Below are positions 1-10,305 of a stretch of 64,000 nucleotides of DNA, in pieces. The DNA is from an uncultured bacterium (GTDB taxonomy: Bacteria; Zixibacteria; MSB-5A5; GN15; FEB-12), in contig CBDVDR010000007.1 of the NCBI GenBank assembly GCA_965372795.1, positions 1 through 64,000 of the forward strand, given 5' to 3'. Position 1 is the first letter of the stretch. The number at the start of each line of letters is the position of its first letter. The position numbers and the translations under genes are program-made. The notes under the pieces are model-generated. The model was given only the letters and a program-made list of their open reading frames with translations. It made no database searches and had not been told where the DNA came from.

Positions 1-717
1 ACGGATCAACTATTACTAATTGTATAATTCGATATGCTGGTGCATATAATAATAATGAAAACTCTGGTATTAGCATAAGTGGATCACAACCCACTATTGA
101 AGGATGTACTTTCAGCCAGAATGATTACGACCTATGTATACTATATGAGAATGGTGGTGACAAAGTTCGAGGCAATTCATTTTCAGATTCATATCATTTC
201 CCAATGAATCTTCACCCTGGAGCAGTTGACAGTGTTTTGATAAATAATACTATCACTCCAAATGGATCTAATTTATATAAAGGTATTGTTATCATGGCTG
301 GTACAATCACAGAAACAACTACCTGGCCTGTTCCTCCGGCTGGTTTCTGTTATAGCATGGGTTATCAAAAAGATATAACTTTGAATGATCCAGGAGCTGT
401 CTGGACACTTCAACCTGGCACAATAATAAAGGGTTCTGGTTCAAGTTGCATTAAAATTACATCCGGTCGATTTATGGCCGATGGTGTTACGTTTACATCA
501 AGTGCTGATGACACTTTAAGTAATGTAACAGGGAATGAATCAAATACACCTGAACATGATCAATGGGAAGGCATCAGATTTAATTCAGGTGCTGATGACG
601 GATCAACTATTACTAATTGTATAATTCGATATGCTGGTGCATATAATAATAACGAACATTCTGGTATTAGCATAAGTGGGTCACACCCCACTATTGAAGG
701 ATGTACCTTTAACGACA
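1..717 (+). repeat. Intragenic tandem repeat, period 597 nt (199 aa)
   Basis: Bases 1-~110 (acggatcaactattactaattgtataattcgatatgctggtgcatataataataa...) recur nearly identically from 598. Confidence 0.85.
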
Positions 718-1205
718 ATGATCGATATGCTGTTTATTGTGAAAATCTTGCTTCTCCTACAATACACAACTGTAGTTTTTCTGGCCATACAGTTGCTGCT
801 GTAGAAAACACATCAACTTCTATTATTGTAAACGCCACTAATAATTGGTGGGGAGCTAACTCAGGTCCCTATGACCCAACTGATGCGATATCCGGTCCAC
901 CGGATTACAACCCATTTGGTGCTGGTGAATCTGTTAGCGATTATGTTGAATACAGACCTTGGTTGGAGAATCATCCTCCATGCTGTGTTCTTCCAGGTGA
1001 TGCAAATCATGATGGTTTCTCTGATATATCTGATTTAACATTCTTCGTGGACTTCATGTTTGTTCCTGGATCTCCTGTTCCTTTATGTATGGAAGAGTTT
1101 GATAATGATGGTTCATGTGGGTTAGATATATCTGATTTGACATATTTTATTGACTGGATGTTTAGATTTGGTCCTTCACCTGTCGAATGTCATATGTGTG
1201 AGTAA
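3..1205 (+). CDS. 5'-partial secreted right-handed beta-helix repeat protein with C-terminal dockerin-like module
   Basis: Frame is open from base 3 (GSTITNCIIRYAG...) into the 204..1205 ORF. It has PbH1-like repeats, a NATNNWWG motif and a C-terminal CCVLPGDANHDGFSDISDL...DNDGSCGLDISDL duplicated Ca-binding module. Confidence 0.8.
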   Translation, partial: GSTITNCIIRYAGAYNNNENSGISISGSQPTIEGCTFSQNDYDLCILYENGGDKVRGNSFSDSYHFPMNLHPGAVDSVLINNTITPNGSNLYKGIVIMAGTITETTTWPVPPAGFCYSMGYQKDITLNDPGAVWTLQPGTIIKGSGSSCIKITSGRFMADGVTFTSSADDTLSNVTGNESNTPEHDQWEGIRFNSGADDGSTITNCIIRYAGAYNNNEHSGISISGSHPTIEGCTFNDNDRYAVYCENLASPTIHNCSFSGHTVAAVENTSTSIIVNATNNWWGANSGPYDPTDAISGPPDYNPFGAGESVSDYVEYRPWLENHPPCCVLPGDANHDGFSDISDLTFFVDFMFVPGSPVPLCMEEFDNDGSCGLDISDLTYFIDWMFRFGPSPVECHMCE

Positions 1206-1210
1206 AGTAT

Positions 1211-1372
1211 TGTCGAAACTGCAGGAGTTTCGACCTACGAACTCAAGAATTATTTGAAAGTTTTCTGCTGAAAGGTCAGGTCTCGAAGCCAAGAGAGACC
1301 TGACCTACGGGACACACAAATTGTGTTTTATAAACTATGAACTGAGATTACGTCGCTTTGCTCGCAATGACA
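1211..1372 (-). repeat. Cluster of REP-like palindromes (GTAG-type)
   Basis: On the minus strand, GTAG-GTCGAAAC..GTTTCGACA (1211-1238) and GTAG-GTCAGGTCTC..GAGACCTGACCT (1273-1308), plus gagattacgtcgctttgctcgcaatgaca (1344-1372). The first has a near-copy at 54459-54486. Confidence 0.6.
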
Positions 1373-1584
1373 AATTCTGATAGCATAAAAAAAGGTTGAA
1401 GCTGCAACTAATCAACTTCAACCAAAACCTTTTATAAGGTTACTAAAAAGTATGAAGGTATAAAAAAACCTGACATACAATAATCGATATAAGGACATAA
1501 TTTGTCAAGTAATAAGTCAGACAAAAAGACCTTTACTGTACTTTATCATTAAATGATTATTATTTACCCCTGCACCACTTGTGT

Positions 1585-3129
1585 TTATACACCCAGAAAA
1601 ATAAATGCCTCACTCAGATAATCAACGATATCACCGGCTATTACCGATCTTTGAGTAAATTCATCCGCCGCCAGATCACCCGCCAAACCATGAACATAAA
1701 CACCAGCACAGGCTGAATCAAATGGCGAAAGCCCTTGCGCCAGCAAGGTTCCAATGATTCCCGAAAGAACATCACCCGACCCGCCAGTAGCCATGCCATT
1801 GTTACCTGTCGGATTCAACGCGCACTGACCATTTTTATCAGCAATAATTGTCGGGCTGCCTTTTAAAACCAAAGTCACCCCATGTTCGGTTGCGAATTTT
1901 TTTGCCTGTTCGATTCGTTTGAGATAATCGGTTTCCACCTCACAGCCGAGCAATCTTTTAAACTCACCCGGATGAGGCGTAAGGGTCAGGGTCGGGGACC
2001 CTTTTTTATTTTTCAAAATTTCTGTATGACCGACCAAAGCGTTCAAACCATCAGCATCAATTATCATCGGTTTATCAAGTTCGGTGACAAAACGCCTGAT
2101 GAGTTCTGTGGTTTGAAAGTGTTGTCCCAAACCGGGACCAATAATGACCGAATCATTTTCAGAGGCAATTTTTCTAATTTGTCCCAAACCGCGCAGGGCA
2201 AGTTTCCCCTGTTTTTTAATATCGGGCAATGGTTCTGTGACAGCCTCGATAATATTCGAGGCGATAGTCGGCAGGATAGTTTCGGGACAGCAGATTTTTA
2301 CCAGACCGCATCCGCTTCGAAGGGTTGCCTTTCCGGCAAGGATCGCCGCACCGGTCATGCCGGTTGAGCCCGCCAATACCATGACACGTCCGAAATCACC
2401 TTTGTGACCATCAGGTTTTCGTTCCGGCAGTAACGAGGTTACTTTTTTTGCCGTTAATATATCGCAGTCTAAGTTGAACGAATCGACAACATCATCAGGG
2501 ATTCCGATAGGAATAATTTCGACCTGACCGCTCATTTCCCGTCCGGGTGAGATGAACAGACCGTATTTGGGTTGTGCTAAAGTAAAAGTGTAGTCGGCTT
2601 CAATGACTGATCCGGAAAAGGTGCCATTGTCAGCATTCAAACCGGACGGCATATCGACCGCGACTGTAAGAACATTGCATCGGTTTATAAAGTCGATCAT
2701 ATCTTTTAAGAGTCCACGGGGAGAATCTGAGAATCCGGTTCCAAAAATTGCATCGATAATACAATCGGTTTCTAATCTTTCAGGAAGATCTTCAACAGAA
2801 TTCAAGGCAATTAATTTTATATCGAGTTGATTAGCTTTTTCAAAATTAGTTTGAGCATCGGCAGAAAGTTTTTCAACCGGAGAGGGGTAATAAATTGTTA
2901 CGGTATGTCTCGCTTCGTGAAGGTATCTTCCGATGACAAAGCCATCGCCGCCGTTATTGCCTTTGCCGCAGAAAATAGTAACATCAGATTTTTTAGAAGA
3001 TAAAATTAATTTAATTTCCCGGGCGATGCCGGATCCGGCATTTTCCATCAGATCCAATCCGGGGATACCGCGTTGATCGATAGTCTCCCGATCGATTTTT
3101 AGCATCTGTTCGGAAGTGACCAGTTTCAT
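1585..3129 (-). CDS. nnr: Bifunctional NAD(P)H-hydrate epimerase/dehydratase
   Basis: YjeF_N motifs LMENAG, CGKGNNGGDG, DAIFGTG and DMPSG; carbohydrate-kinase domain HKGDFG, IDADGLN, TPHPGEF, GGSGDVLSG. Confidence 0.95.
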   Translation of the reverse strand: MKLVTSEQMLKIDRETIDQRGIPGLDLMENAGSGIAREIKLILSSKKSDVTIFCGKGNNGGDGFVIGRYLHEARHTVTIYYPSPVEKLSADAQTNFEKANQLDIKLIALNSVEDLPERLETDCIIDAIFGTGFSDSPRGLLKDMIDFINRCNVLTVAVDMPSGLNADNGTFSGSVIEADYTFTLAQPKYGLFISPGREMSGQVEIIPIGIPDDVVDSFNLDCDILTAKKVTSLLPERKPDGHKGDFGRVMVLAGSTGMTGAAILAGKATLRSGCGLVKICCPETILPTIASNIIEAVTEPLPDIKKQGKLALRGLGQIRKIASENDSVIIGPGLGQHFQTTELIRRFVTELDKPMIIDADGLNALVGHTEILKNKKGSPTLTLTPHPGEFKRLLGCEVETDYLKRIEQAKKFATEHGVTLVLKGSPTIIADKNGQCALNPTGNNGMATGGSGDVLSGIIGTLLAQGLSPFDSACAGVYVHGLAGDLAADEFTQRSVIAGDIVDYLSEAFIFLGV

Positions 3130-3148
3130 TTTTGAGTTCCTATTTCAA

Positions 3149-5530
3149 TTATTTTTTGGTCTTGGTTCGGGTAGTTTTTTTAATACTGTTATCCAAGGCA
3201 AACTTAATTGCCGGAAGAACATCCGAAAAATATTTCAATTTGATATTCTTTTTAATTTCAGGTGGAAGCTCAATCGCATCTTTTCTATTTTCTTCAGGAA
3301 GAATCACTGTTTTAATTCCTGCCCGATAGGCCGCCAGCAATTTTTCTTTTAATCCGCCGATAGGGAGCAACTGTCCACGAAGAGTTATCTCGCCGGTCAT
3401 TGCCAAAAATGGTTTTACCGGTTTTCGGGTCAGAAGCGATGCAATCGCAACAGCCATGGTTATCCCTGCCGATGGACCATCCTTGGGCGTGGCACCTGCC
3501 GGAACATGAATATGGATTTCACAATTTTGGAATGCTTCAATCGGAATGTTGAATTCTTCCATATTTGAACGAATGAATGACATGCCGGCTTGAGTTGATT
3601 CTTTCATCACCGCCCCAAGCTGTCCGGTAAGGGTAAGCCCCGGTTTGCCGGGCATTGAAGTCGCTTCGATGAATAAAAGTTCGCCGCCTACGGAAGTATA
3701 AGCCAGTCCGGGAACGATTCCATGCCTTCCCTGTCGGGTCAAAATTTCACGGGTGTATTTTTGCGGTCCGAGAAGTTTTGGAATATCTTTTCCACTGATA
3801 GTATTTTTCTTTTTGTTACCCGAGGCGACCTTGCGGGCGATTTTTCTAATTACCGATGCAATTTCGCGTTCAAGATTTCTGAGTCCTGCCTCGCGGGTGT
3901 AATCTTCGATCAAAGATTTGACACCACTGTCGAGGATAATCATATTTTTATTTGAGAGACCATGATTCTCAAGCTGTTTGGGAATCAAATGTCTTTTTGC
4001 AATTGCAAGTTTTTCAATATCGGTATATCCGGGGATGCGAATTATTTCCATCCGGTCACGCAGGACCGCCGGAATCGGATCCATCCAGTTAGCAGTAGTT
4101 ATGAACATTACTTTTGAAAGATCGTAGGCAACCTCAAGATAATGATCTGAGAATGAATCATTTTGTTCAGGATCGAGAACCTCGAGCAAAGCCGAAGCGG
4201 GATCACCCCTGAAATCGGTTCCTAATTTATCGACTTCATCAAGCATAATGACGGGATTGTTTGATCCGCAGCGTTTGATACTTTGAATAATTCTACCCGG
4301 CATCGAACCGATATATGTCCGGCGATGACCTCTGATTTCAGCTTCATCGCGCATGCCGCCTAAAGATATGCGAGCAAATTTTCTACCCATAGATTTTGCA
4401 ATTGATTTCCCAAGCGAAGTTTTTCCAACTCCGGGAGGACCAACAAAGCAGAGGATGGGACCTTTGACATCCGCTTTGAGTTTCATGACGGCCAGATGTT
4501 CAAGGATTCTATCTTTAACTTTTTCAAGATCAAAGTGATCTTCATCCAGAACCTTTTTTGCTTTTTTTAGATCGAGATGATCTTTGGTAGATATTGACCA
4601 TGGTAGAGTCACCAACCAGTCAAGATAGGTTCGGGTAACGGTATATTCAGCGGACGATGGCGCCATATGTGACAGCCGATCTAGCTCTTTACGAGCCACT
4701 TCTTCAGCCATTGCCGGCATATTAGCATCATCTATTTTCTTAGCAAATTCATCAACATCGGTGCTTTCGTCACCCTGCCCTAATTCTTTTTTAATCGCTT
4801 TGAGTTGTTCACGCAGAATGTAATCTCTTTGAGATTTACCTAACTCGCTGGCAGCTTTTTCCTGGATATGCGCCGAAAGTTCAAGTACTTCAATTTCCTT
4901 ATTGAGCATCCGGTACAATAACTGTAATCTTTTTTCAACTTCAAGCTCACTCAGTACGGCTTGTTTTTGTTCAAAAGAGACGTTCAGATTAGATGCGACA
5001 AAATCGGCAAGTTTTGAAGGCGTGTCCTGATTAATAGCTGAGACATGGAATTCTTCAGTAAGATACGGTGCCTGTTCACTCAATTTTTTGACCGAGTTCA
5101 TAAGATTGCGCTGCAATGCTTCGATTTTAACTGACTCGGTAGAAATTTCTTCAAGCTCTTCAACTTCCGCCGCCATATACGGATTGTCAGTCATAAATTT
5201 TTTAATTTTGATTCTGGAAAGACCCTGAATTAAAAACCGAACCGACCCATCAGGGAAGCGAAGCATTTTTAAAATATTACCTGAAGTACCAACCTCGTAA
5301 AAATCTTCCGGACCGGGATTTTCCTGTTCAGGATCTTTTTGAAGAAACAGACCGATTCTTGATCCGCGCATTAAGGCATCATCAACCAGACGAGTCTGCT
5401 CCATATCCTGAATCATCAATGGTACGACCAGATAAGGAAAAACAATATTGTTTTTCATTGGCAGTATCGAGAGAACCTGTCTGGAACCCGAGGACTTATT
5501 ATTATTTTTTTCTTTAGTCTCTATGCTCAT
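3149..5530 (-). CDS. lon: ATP-dependent Lon protease
   Basis: LON N-domain, Walker [26 protein letters not shown], and catalytic PKDGPSAG. Confidence 0.97.
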   Translation of the reverse strand: MSIETKEKNNNKSSGSRQVLSILPMKNNIVFPYLVVPLMIQDMEQTRLVDDALMRGSRIGLFLQKDPEQENPGPEDFYEVGTSGNILKMLRFPDGSVRFLIQGLSRIKIKKFMTDNPYMAAEVEELEEISTESVKIEALQRNLMNSVKKLSEQAPYLTEEFHVSAINQDTPSKLADFVASNLNVSFEQKQAVLSELEVEKRLQLLYRMLNKEIEVLELSAHIQEKAASELGKSQRDYILREQLKAIKKELGQGDESTDVDEFAKKIDDANMPAMAEEVARKELDRLSHMAPSSAEYTVTRTYLDWLVTLPWSISTKDHLDLKKAKKVLDEDHFDLEKVKDRILEHLAVMKLKADVKGPILCFVGPPGVGKTSLGKSIAKSMGRKFARISLGGMRDEAEIRGHRRTYIGSMPGRIIQSIKRCGSNNPVIMLDEVDKLGTDFRGDPASALLEVLDPEQNDSFSDHYLEVAYDLSKVMFITTANWMDPIPAVLRDRMEIIRIPGYTDIEKLAIAKRHLIPKQLENHGLSNKNMIILDSGVKSLIEDYTREAGLRNLEREIASVIRKIARKVASGNKKKNTISGKDIPKLLGPQKYTREILTRQGRHGIVPGLAYTSVGGELLFIEATSMPGKPGLTLTGQLGAVMKESTQAGMSFIRSNMEEFNIPIEAFQNCEIHIHVPAGATPKDGPSAGITMAVAIASLLTRKPVKPFLAMTGEITLRGQLLPIGGLKEKLLAAYRAGIKTVILPEENRKDAIELPPEIKKNIKLKYFSDVLPAIKFALDNSIKKTTRTKTKK

Positions 5531-5608
5531 ATTTCACTATTTCTAATTATTTGTTATCCATATATTTATCGGCGATTTTCTTAATTTGAAAACCCATAAA
5601 GCGATAAA

Positions 5609-6661
5609 TCAGACATTAAATCTAAACAGGACAATATCACCATCCTGCATAATATATTCTTTACCCTCAAGTCTGGTTTTGCCGGCTGATTTTAAAGCCG
5701 CCGGTGTTTTAAATTCAAGATAATCAGCATACGAAGTGACTTCGGCTCGAATAAATCCCCGCTCAATATCACTGTGAATAACGCCAGCTGATTTCTGGGC
5801 GTTTGTTCCTCTTCTGATAGTCCAGGCTCGAACTTCCGGTTCGGCGGCAGTGATATAAGAGATCAGACCCAGCAACTCATAAGATTTTTGAACAACATTT
5901 TCTACAGCCGGGATTGTTATGCCTAAATCTTCAAGGAACATTTTACGTTCATCATCTTCAAGAGTTACCAGTTCCATTTCAATTTTTCCGCACATCGCAG
6001 TGACATCTCTTTTACCGGCTGACACAAACGAGGACATTTTTTCAAGCATCGAATCAATGTTTTGAATATCAGATTCAGCAATATTTATTACGAACAATAA
6101 CGGTTTTTCAGTTATAAACATAAATCCGCGGATCAATTTCTTTTCTTCATCAGTAAGGTCTAAATCAATAAGCGGTTTTTCCAGTTCTAAAAAATCATAG
6201 CATTTCTTTAAGAGCTCAACCTCTTTTAGAACAGTTTTATCGCCGGTAATTTTTATCTTTTTAGATTTTTTTGCGATATTAGTTTCAAGCAAAGCCATAT
6301 CTATCAGGATCATTTCATCCTGTATCGCTTGAATATCCGCTTCCGGTGTTGCATCTGAAGAAAATCCATCAATGACCACCATCAAGGTTTCCATCTGTCT
6401 GATTTCCGGATTGATTTCAAATTTTTCCGAATCTTTCCCCTTCCCGCTGAATCCGGGGACATCGAGAAAAGAAATTTCTGCATAAGTGGTTTTTTTCGGA
6501 ATTATCATTTCGGTGAGAATATCAATTCTCACATCGGGTACTTTGATTACGCCCCTATGCATTGCCTGGCTAAAATCGCCAACGGCTTCCTGCATATTTG
6601 CTGCGGCATTAAATATGGTAGTTTTACCGCTCTGTGGTTTTCCAATTATTCCAAGTTTCAT
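5609..6661 (-). CDS. ychF: YchF/Obg-family ATPase (divergent G-domain)
   Basis: GKPQSGKTT P-loop; C-terminal EVRAWTI...AGVIHSDIERGFIRAEV...RLEGKEYIMQDGDIVLFRFNV. Confidence 0.88.
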   Translation of the reverse strand: MKLGIIGKPQSGKTTIFNAAANMQEAVGDFSQAMHRGVIKVPDVRIDILTEMIIPKKTTYAEISFLDVPGFSGKGKDSEKFEINPEIRQMETLMVVIDGFSSDATPEADIQAIQDEMILIDMALLETNIAKKSKKIKITGDKTVLKEVELLKKCYDFLELEKPLIDLDLTDEEKKLIRGFMFITEKPLLFVINIAESDIQNIDSMLEKMSSFVSAGKRDVTAMCGKIEMELVTLEDDERKMFLEDLGITIPAVENVVQKSYELLGLISYITAAEPEVRAWTIRRGTNAQKSAGVIHSDIERGFIRAEVTSYADYLEFKTPAALKSAGKTRLEGKEYIMQDGDIVLFRFNV

Positions 6662-6729
6662 AGGCGTCTAAGGTATAAGATAGTCAGGCATGATGCAAGT
6701 CTTTGTATTTCTATGATAAATACTGAGAA

Positions 6730-7581
6730 TTACTTTTTCTTAATCAAAGATCTTAGCACTTTCAAATTCTCAATATCATCAACAAGGGTTTCATCTTTAT
6801 GAGTTTCAAGAATCATAGGAATTTTCTTCAATCGATTATCATTTACAAAATTTCGAAAGGCTTCCAATCCGATAAAGCCCTTTCCGATATGCTCATGTCG
6901 GTCTTTTTTGGAGGCAAATTCTCTTTTACTGTCATTCATATGGATTATTTTCAATTTATCAAGCCCGATTAGGTCATCGAATTTTTTCATTGTTTTTTTG
7001 TAATCTTTAGGTTCTGAGATCGGATATCCAGCCGCAAAGATATGACAAGTGTCCAGACATATCCCTACTTTACTGTTATCTTCCACATTATCAATGAGAT
7101 AGGCGAGTTGCTCAAAGGTGTAGCCAAGATTTGTGCCTTGTCCGGCTGTTGCTTCAAATAGCAAAAATACATTATTATCTTCAAGCTGATCAAACAGTTT
7201 ATTGGCGTTTTCTACAATTCGGTTCAAACCTTCTTCCTCGCCGGATCCGACATGAGAGCCGGGATGCATTACTAATCCGGGGATTTTTAGTAGTTCGCAC
7301 CGCTCCATTTCTTCTTTAATAGCTAAAAATGATTTTTCATTCAGTTCTTCTTTGGGCGAGGCAAGATTAATCAGATAGCTGGAATGAGAACAGGAAACCG
7401 TCACGCCGGTTTCTTCCTGTCTTTGAAAATATTTATCTAACTCATCCTGTTTTAACAGTTTTGCCCGCCATTGACTGTTTGATTTATTAAACATCTGGAT
7501 AGTATCACAAGTGGCTTGTTTTCCACGGTCAATCGCGTTAAACACGCCCCCACTGATCGATTCATGTGCGCCAAAAATCAT
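6730..7581 (-). CDS. nfo: Endonuclease IV
   Basis: GAHESISGG, HSSYLINLAS, HPGSH, CLDTCHIFAAGY, HMNDSK, DRHEHIGKG, ILET. Confidence 0.95.
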   Translation of the reverse strand: MIFGAHESISGGVFNAIDRGKQATCDTIQMFNKSNSQWRAKLLKQDELDKYFQRQEETGVTVSCSHSSYLINLASPKEELNEKSFLAIKEEMERCELLKIPGLVMHPGSHVGSGEEEGLNRIVENANKLFDQLEDNNVFLLFEATAGQGTNLGYTFEQLAYLIDNVEDNSKVGICLDTCHIFAAGYPISEPKDYKKTMKKFDDLIGLDKLKIIHMNDSKREFASKKDRHEHIGKGFIGLEAFRNFVNDNRLKKIPMILETHKDETLVDDIENLKVLRSLIKKK

Positions 7582-7749
7582 ATTTTTCCTTACAATTTTT
7601 AAAAAACTTAATATCTATATTCAATCGTAATTTTAATCTCAAAGTTCCTTTAAATTTAATATCAAAAACTCAAAAATATAAGAAAAAAACTGACGCCCTT
7701 TGTCAGTTGGTCACCTTATAAAGGAGATATAAAACAGAAAGGGGGAATA

Positions 7750-8163
7750 ATGGGAGAGTCAATTTATATCCGGAATACTAATATAAAAATCACGGATGTT
7801 CTTGATTTAATAGCAAAAGGGTATTTGTACAATTCTATTCTGTATAAGTACCCAAATTTATCGATTAATGATATTATGGCAGTAGCCCAAACAGCCAAAA
7901 ATCTGGTTGAAATTCTGGTTTCTGATGATAAAATCGAAATTGATTATGAAATCTTGATCACCGCCCATAAAGGGAAAATTGTAAATTTGAATGAAATTCG
8001 CAAAGAATTTCCGCGAGCTTTTGAAAAATGGAGAACCGATGAAGATAATCTGCTGGTCAAGTTATATAAGGACAGAGTTAGTATCACAAAAATATCAATT
8101 CAAATGCAGCGACAGGTTGGGGCGATAATTGCAAGGTTGAAAAAGTTCGAGCTTATGAAATAG
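7750..8163 (+). CDS. DUF433-like / HTH protein
   Basis: IRNTNIKITDVLDLIAKG...KYPNLSINDI resembles DUF433; C-terminal PRAFEKWRTDED...RQVGAIIARL is Myb/HTH-like. GGGGG RBS upstream. Confidence 0.6.
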   Translation: MGESIYIRNTNIKITDVLDLIAKGYLYNSILYKYPNLSINDIMAVAQTAKNLVEILVSDDKIEIDYEILITAHKGKIVNLNEIRKEFPRAFEKWRTDEDNLLVKLYKDRVSITKISIQMQRQVGAIIARLKKFELMK

Positions 8164-8170
8164 CAATTTA

Positions 8171-8554
8171 TTATTCGACCATACACTCGGCTTCAATTTC
8201 AACATACCAATCATCGCGTACTAAACCTTTGACTACAACCATCGTTGCCGCCGGTTTAATTTTGCTGAAAAATTCACCGTGAGCTTTGCCAATTGCTTCA
8301 CTTTTGGAAACATCAGTGATATACATCCTGGTTCTGATAACATCAGATAATTTACCACCGGCGTCTTCAATCGCTTGCTGAATTATTTCAAGACATCGCT
8401 TTGCCTGACCGTAGGCATCACCAACACAAGCGGTTGTTCCATCGGGAGCAATCGGACCCGTTCCTGAAACAGCAATTGTATTTCCTATTCGAACGGCCCG
8501 GGAGAATCCGATGGTTTCTTCATAAGGTGAAGCAGATGATATTAATTTTTTCAT
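8171..8554 (-). CDS. RidA/YjgF family protein
   Basis: SPYEETIGFSRAVRIG, VSGT, RTRMY, PAATMV, VEIEA. Confidence 0.9.
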   Translation of the reverse strand: MKKLISSASPYEETIGFSRAVRIGNTIAVSGTGPIAPDGTTACVGDAYGQAKRCLEIIQQAIEDAGGKLSDVIRTRMYITDVSKSEAIGKAHGEFFSKIKPAATMVVVKGLVRDDWYVEIEAECMVE

Positions 8555-8792
8555 ATCTATTTATGACTTTCCGTTTTGGATTTTGAATTAGACATATCTA
8601 TTTTTTATATAATAGATTTTAAATGGATTGAGCAATAATTAAATTTAAGGGCTGCTCTTGATGCACTTCACCCCCAAACAAGTTTGAGGGTGCCACCCAG
8701 TGAATGTCATACAATCATATTAGACGCACTTTGTTGGTTTATGGGGCAGACGGGCACACTAGGTGTGGTTGACGTTTGTCGCCCACAAAATA

Positions 8793-8820
8793 AAAGGCAG
8801 GTCTCGTGAGACCTGCCCTT
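8793..8820 (-). terminator. Intrinsic terminator-like hairpin after the ALDH gene
   Basis: aaaa-ggcaggtctc-gt-gagacctgcc gives a hairpin plus a U-tract on the minus strand. Confidence 0.6.
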
Positions 8821-8861
8821 CGGAAAAATTTTACTAGTGTATTAAACACGCCATGCGTGTG

Positions 8862-10286
8862 TTATTTTAGGTTCATCGATAGAATCTTGATTTCGGTCAT
8901 ATCTTCAATCGAATATCGAACCCCTTCCCGACCCAGTCCGGAATTTTTGACTCCACCGTATGGTTGATGGTCAGCGCGATAGGTGGGGATATCATTAACC
9001 ACCACGCCGCCGCATTCGATATTTTTGAAAGCATAAAAAATATCTTTCATATTGTTAGTAAAAATTCCTGCCTGAAGTCCGTAATCAGAATTATTGATTT
9101 CATCAACGACTTTTTTGAAGTTACGGTATTTTTGAACGACTGCTACCGGGGCAAAAACCTCTTTCGAACAAATATCCATCGAGGTTTTTACATTTGTTAA
9201 TAGCGTTGGTTGCATCACTGATCCTCGTGCTTTACCGCCGGTTACAATTTTTGCACCGGCTTTTACAGCATCATTCACCATTGCCATAGCACCTTTAACT
9301 GCCTCTTTGCTGACCATAGCACCGATATCGGTTTTCGGATTCAACGGATTGCCGACTTTCAAATTGTTCACTTTGTTTTTGAAAATTTTCAAAAACTTAT
9401 CGTAAATTTTTTCATGAAGATAAATTCGCTGAACAGAAATACATGACTGGCCGGCCGATGCAAAGGCGCCATACAGCATCCTCGTGGCGGCGAAATCCAA
9501 ATCAGCATCTTCTCCAATAGCAACCCCGGCGTTTCCGCCCAGTTCAAGCACGACCTGTTTTTTTCCGGCGTTAGCTTTTATCCACCAGCCGACATCGGAT
9601 GAGCCGGTAAAAGTAATCAGTTTTACACGGGGATCATCAAGTAGAGGGGTTGACTCTTTTGAAGAACCGGGTAAGATCGAAACGGCTCCCTTGGGAAGAT
9701 CGGTTTGATCAATAACTTCCGCCAGCAATAAGGCCGAGAGCGGGGTTGAGGTTGCAGGTTTTAAAACAATTGTATTCCCCGAGGCTATTGCCGGTCCGAC
9801 TTTGTGAGACACCAAGTTAAGCGGGAAATTAAAAGGTGAAATACCGGCGATAACTCCCATTGGAAATCGTCTGATAAGACCCATTCGTTCTTCGGCACCA
9901 GGATTCCAATCAAGATCAATGATTTCGCCGCCGATTCGTTTGGCTTCCTCGGCTGCTGTTTTAAAAACGCCTATCGAACGGGTAACTTCACCACGGGAAT
10001 CTTTTAACGATTTTCCAAGTTCCATCGACATTGTTTTTGCAAATTTTTCATGATTTTTTTCCAAACCGGATGCTATTGCCAGACAGATCTGTTCCCGTTT
10101 ATATGAGGGTAGTTCTTTGGTGATTTTGAAAGTCTTATGGGCAATTTCAATTGCCTTGGTGTAGTCATCTTTTGATGCTGCGGCAACATTGGCAACGTGT
10201 GAATTATCATAAGGTGATTCGACTCGGATTATATTTTTACTATCTACCCATTTACCGCCCAAATACATTTTATATTTTTTTGCCAT
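8862..10286 (-). CDS. Aldehyde dehydrogenase (y4uC/ALDH21-like; candidate succinate-semialdehyde dehydrogenase)
   Basis: ISPFNFPLNL, FTGS, LELGGNA, AGQSCISVQR, EVFAP, PYGGVKNSGLGREG. Confidence 0.9.
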   Translation of the reverse strand: MAKKYKMYLGGKWVDSKNIIRVESPYDNSHVANVAAASKDDYTKAIEIAHKTFKITKELPSYKREQICLAIASGLEKNHEKFAKTMSMELGKSLKDSRGEVTRSIGVFKTAAEEAKRIGGEIIDLDWNPGAEERMGLIRRFPMGVIAGISPFNFPLNLVSHKVGPAIASGNTIVLKPATSTPLSALLLAEVIDQTDLPKGAVSILPGSSKESTPLLDDPRVKLITFTGSSDVGWWIKANAGKKQVVLELGGNAGVAIGEDADLDFAATRMLYGAFASAGQSCISVQRIYLHEKIYDKFLKIFKNKVNNLKVGNPLNPKTDIGAMVSKEAVKGAMAMVNDAVKAGAKIVTGGKARGSVMQPTLLTNVKTSMDICSKEVFAPVAVVQKYRNFKKVVDEINNSDYGLQAGIFTNNMKDIFYAFKNIECGGVVVNDIPTYRADHQPYGGVKNSGLGREGVRYSIEDMTEIKILSMNLK

Positions 10287-10305
10287 GATTAACTCCTGTA
10301 ATATT

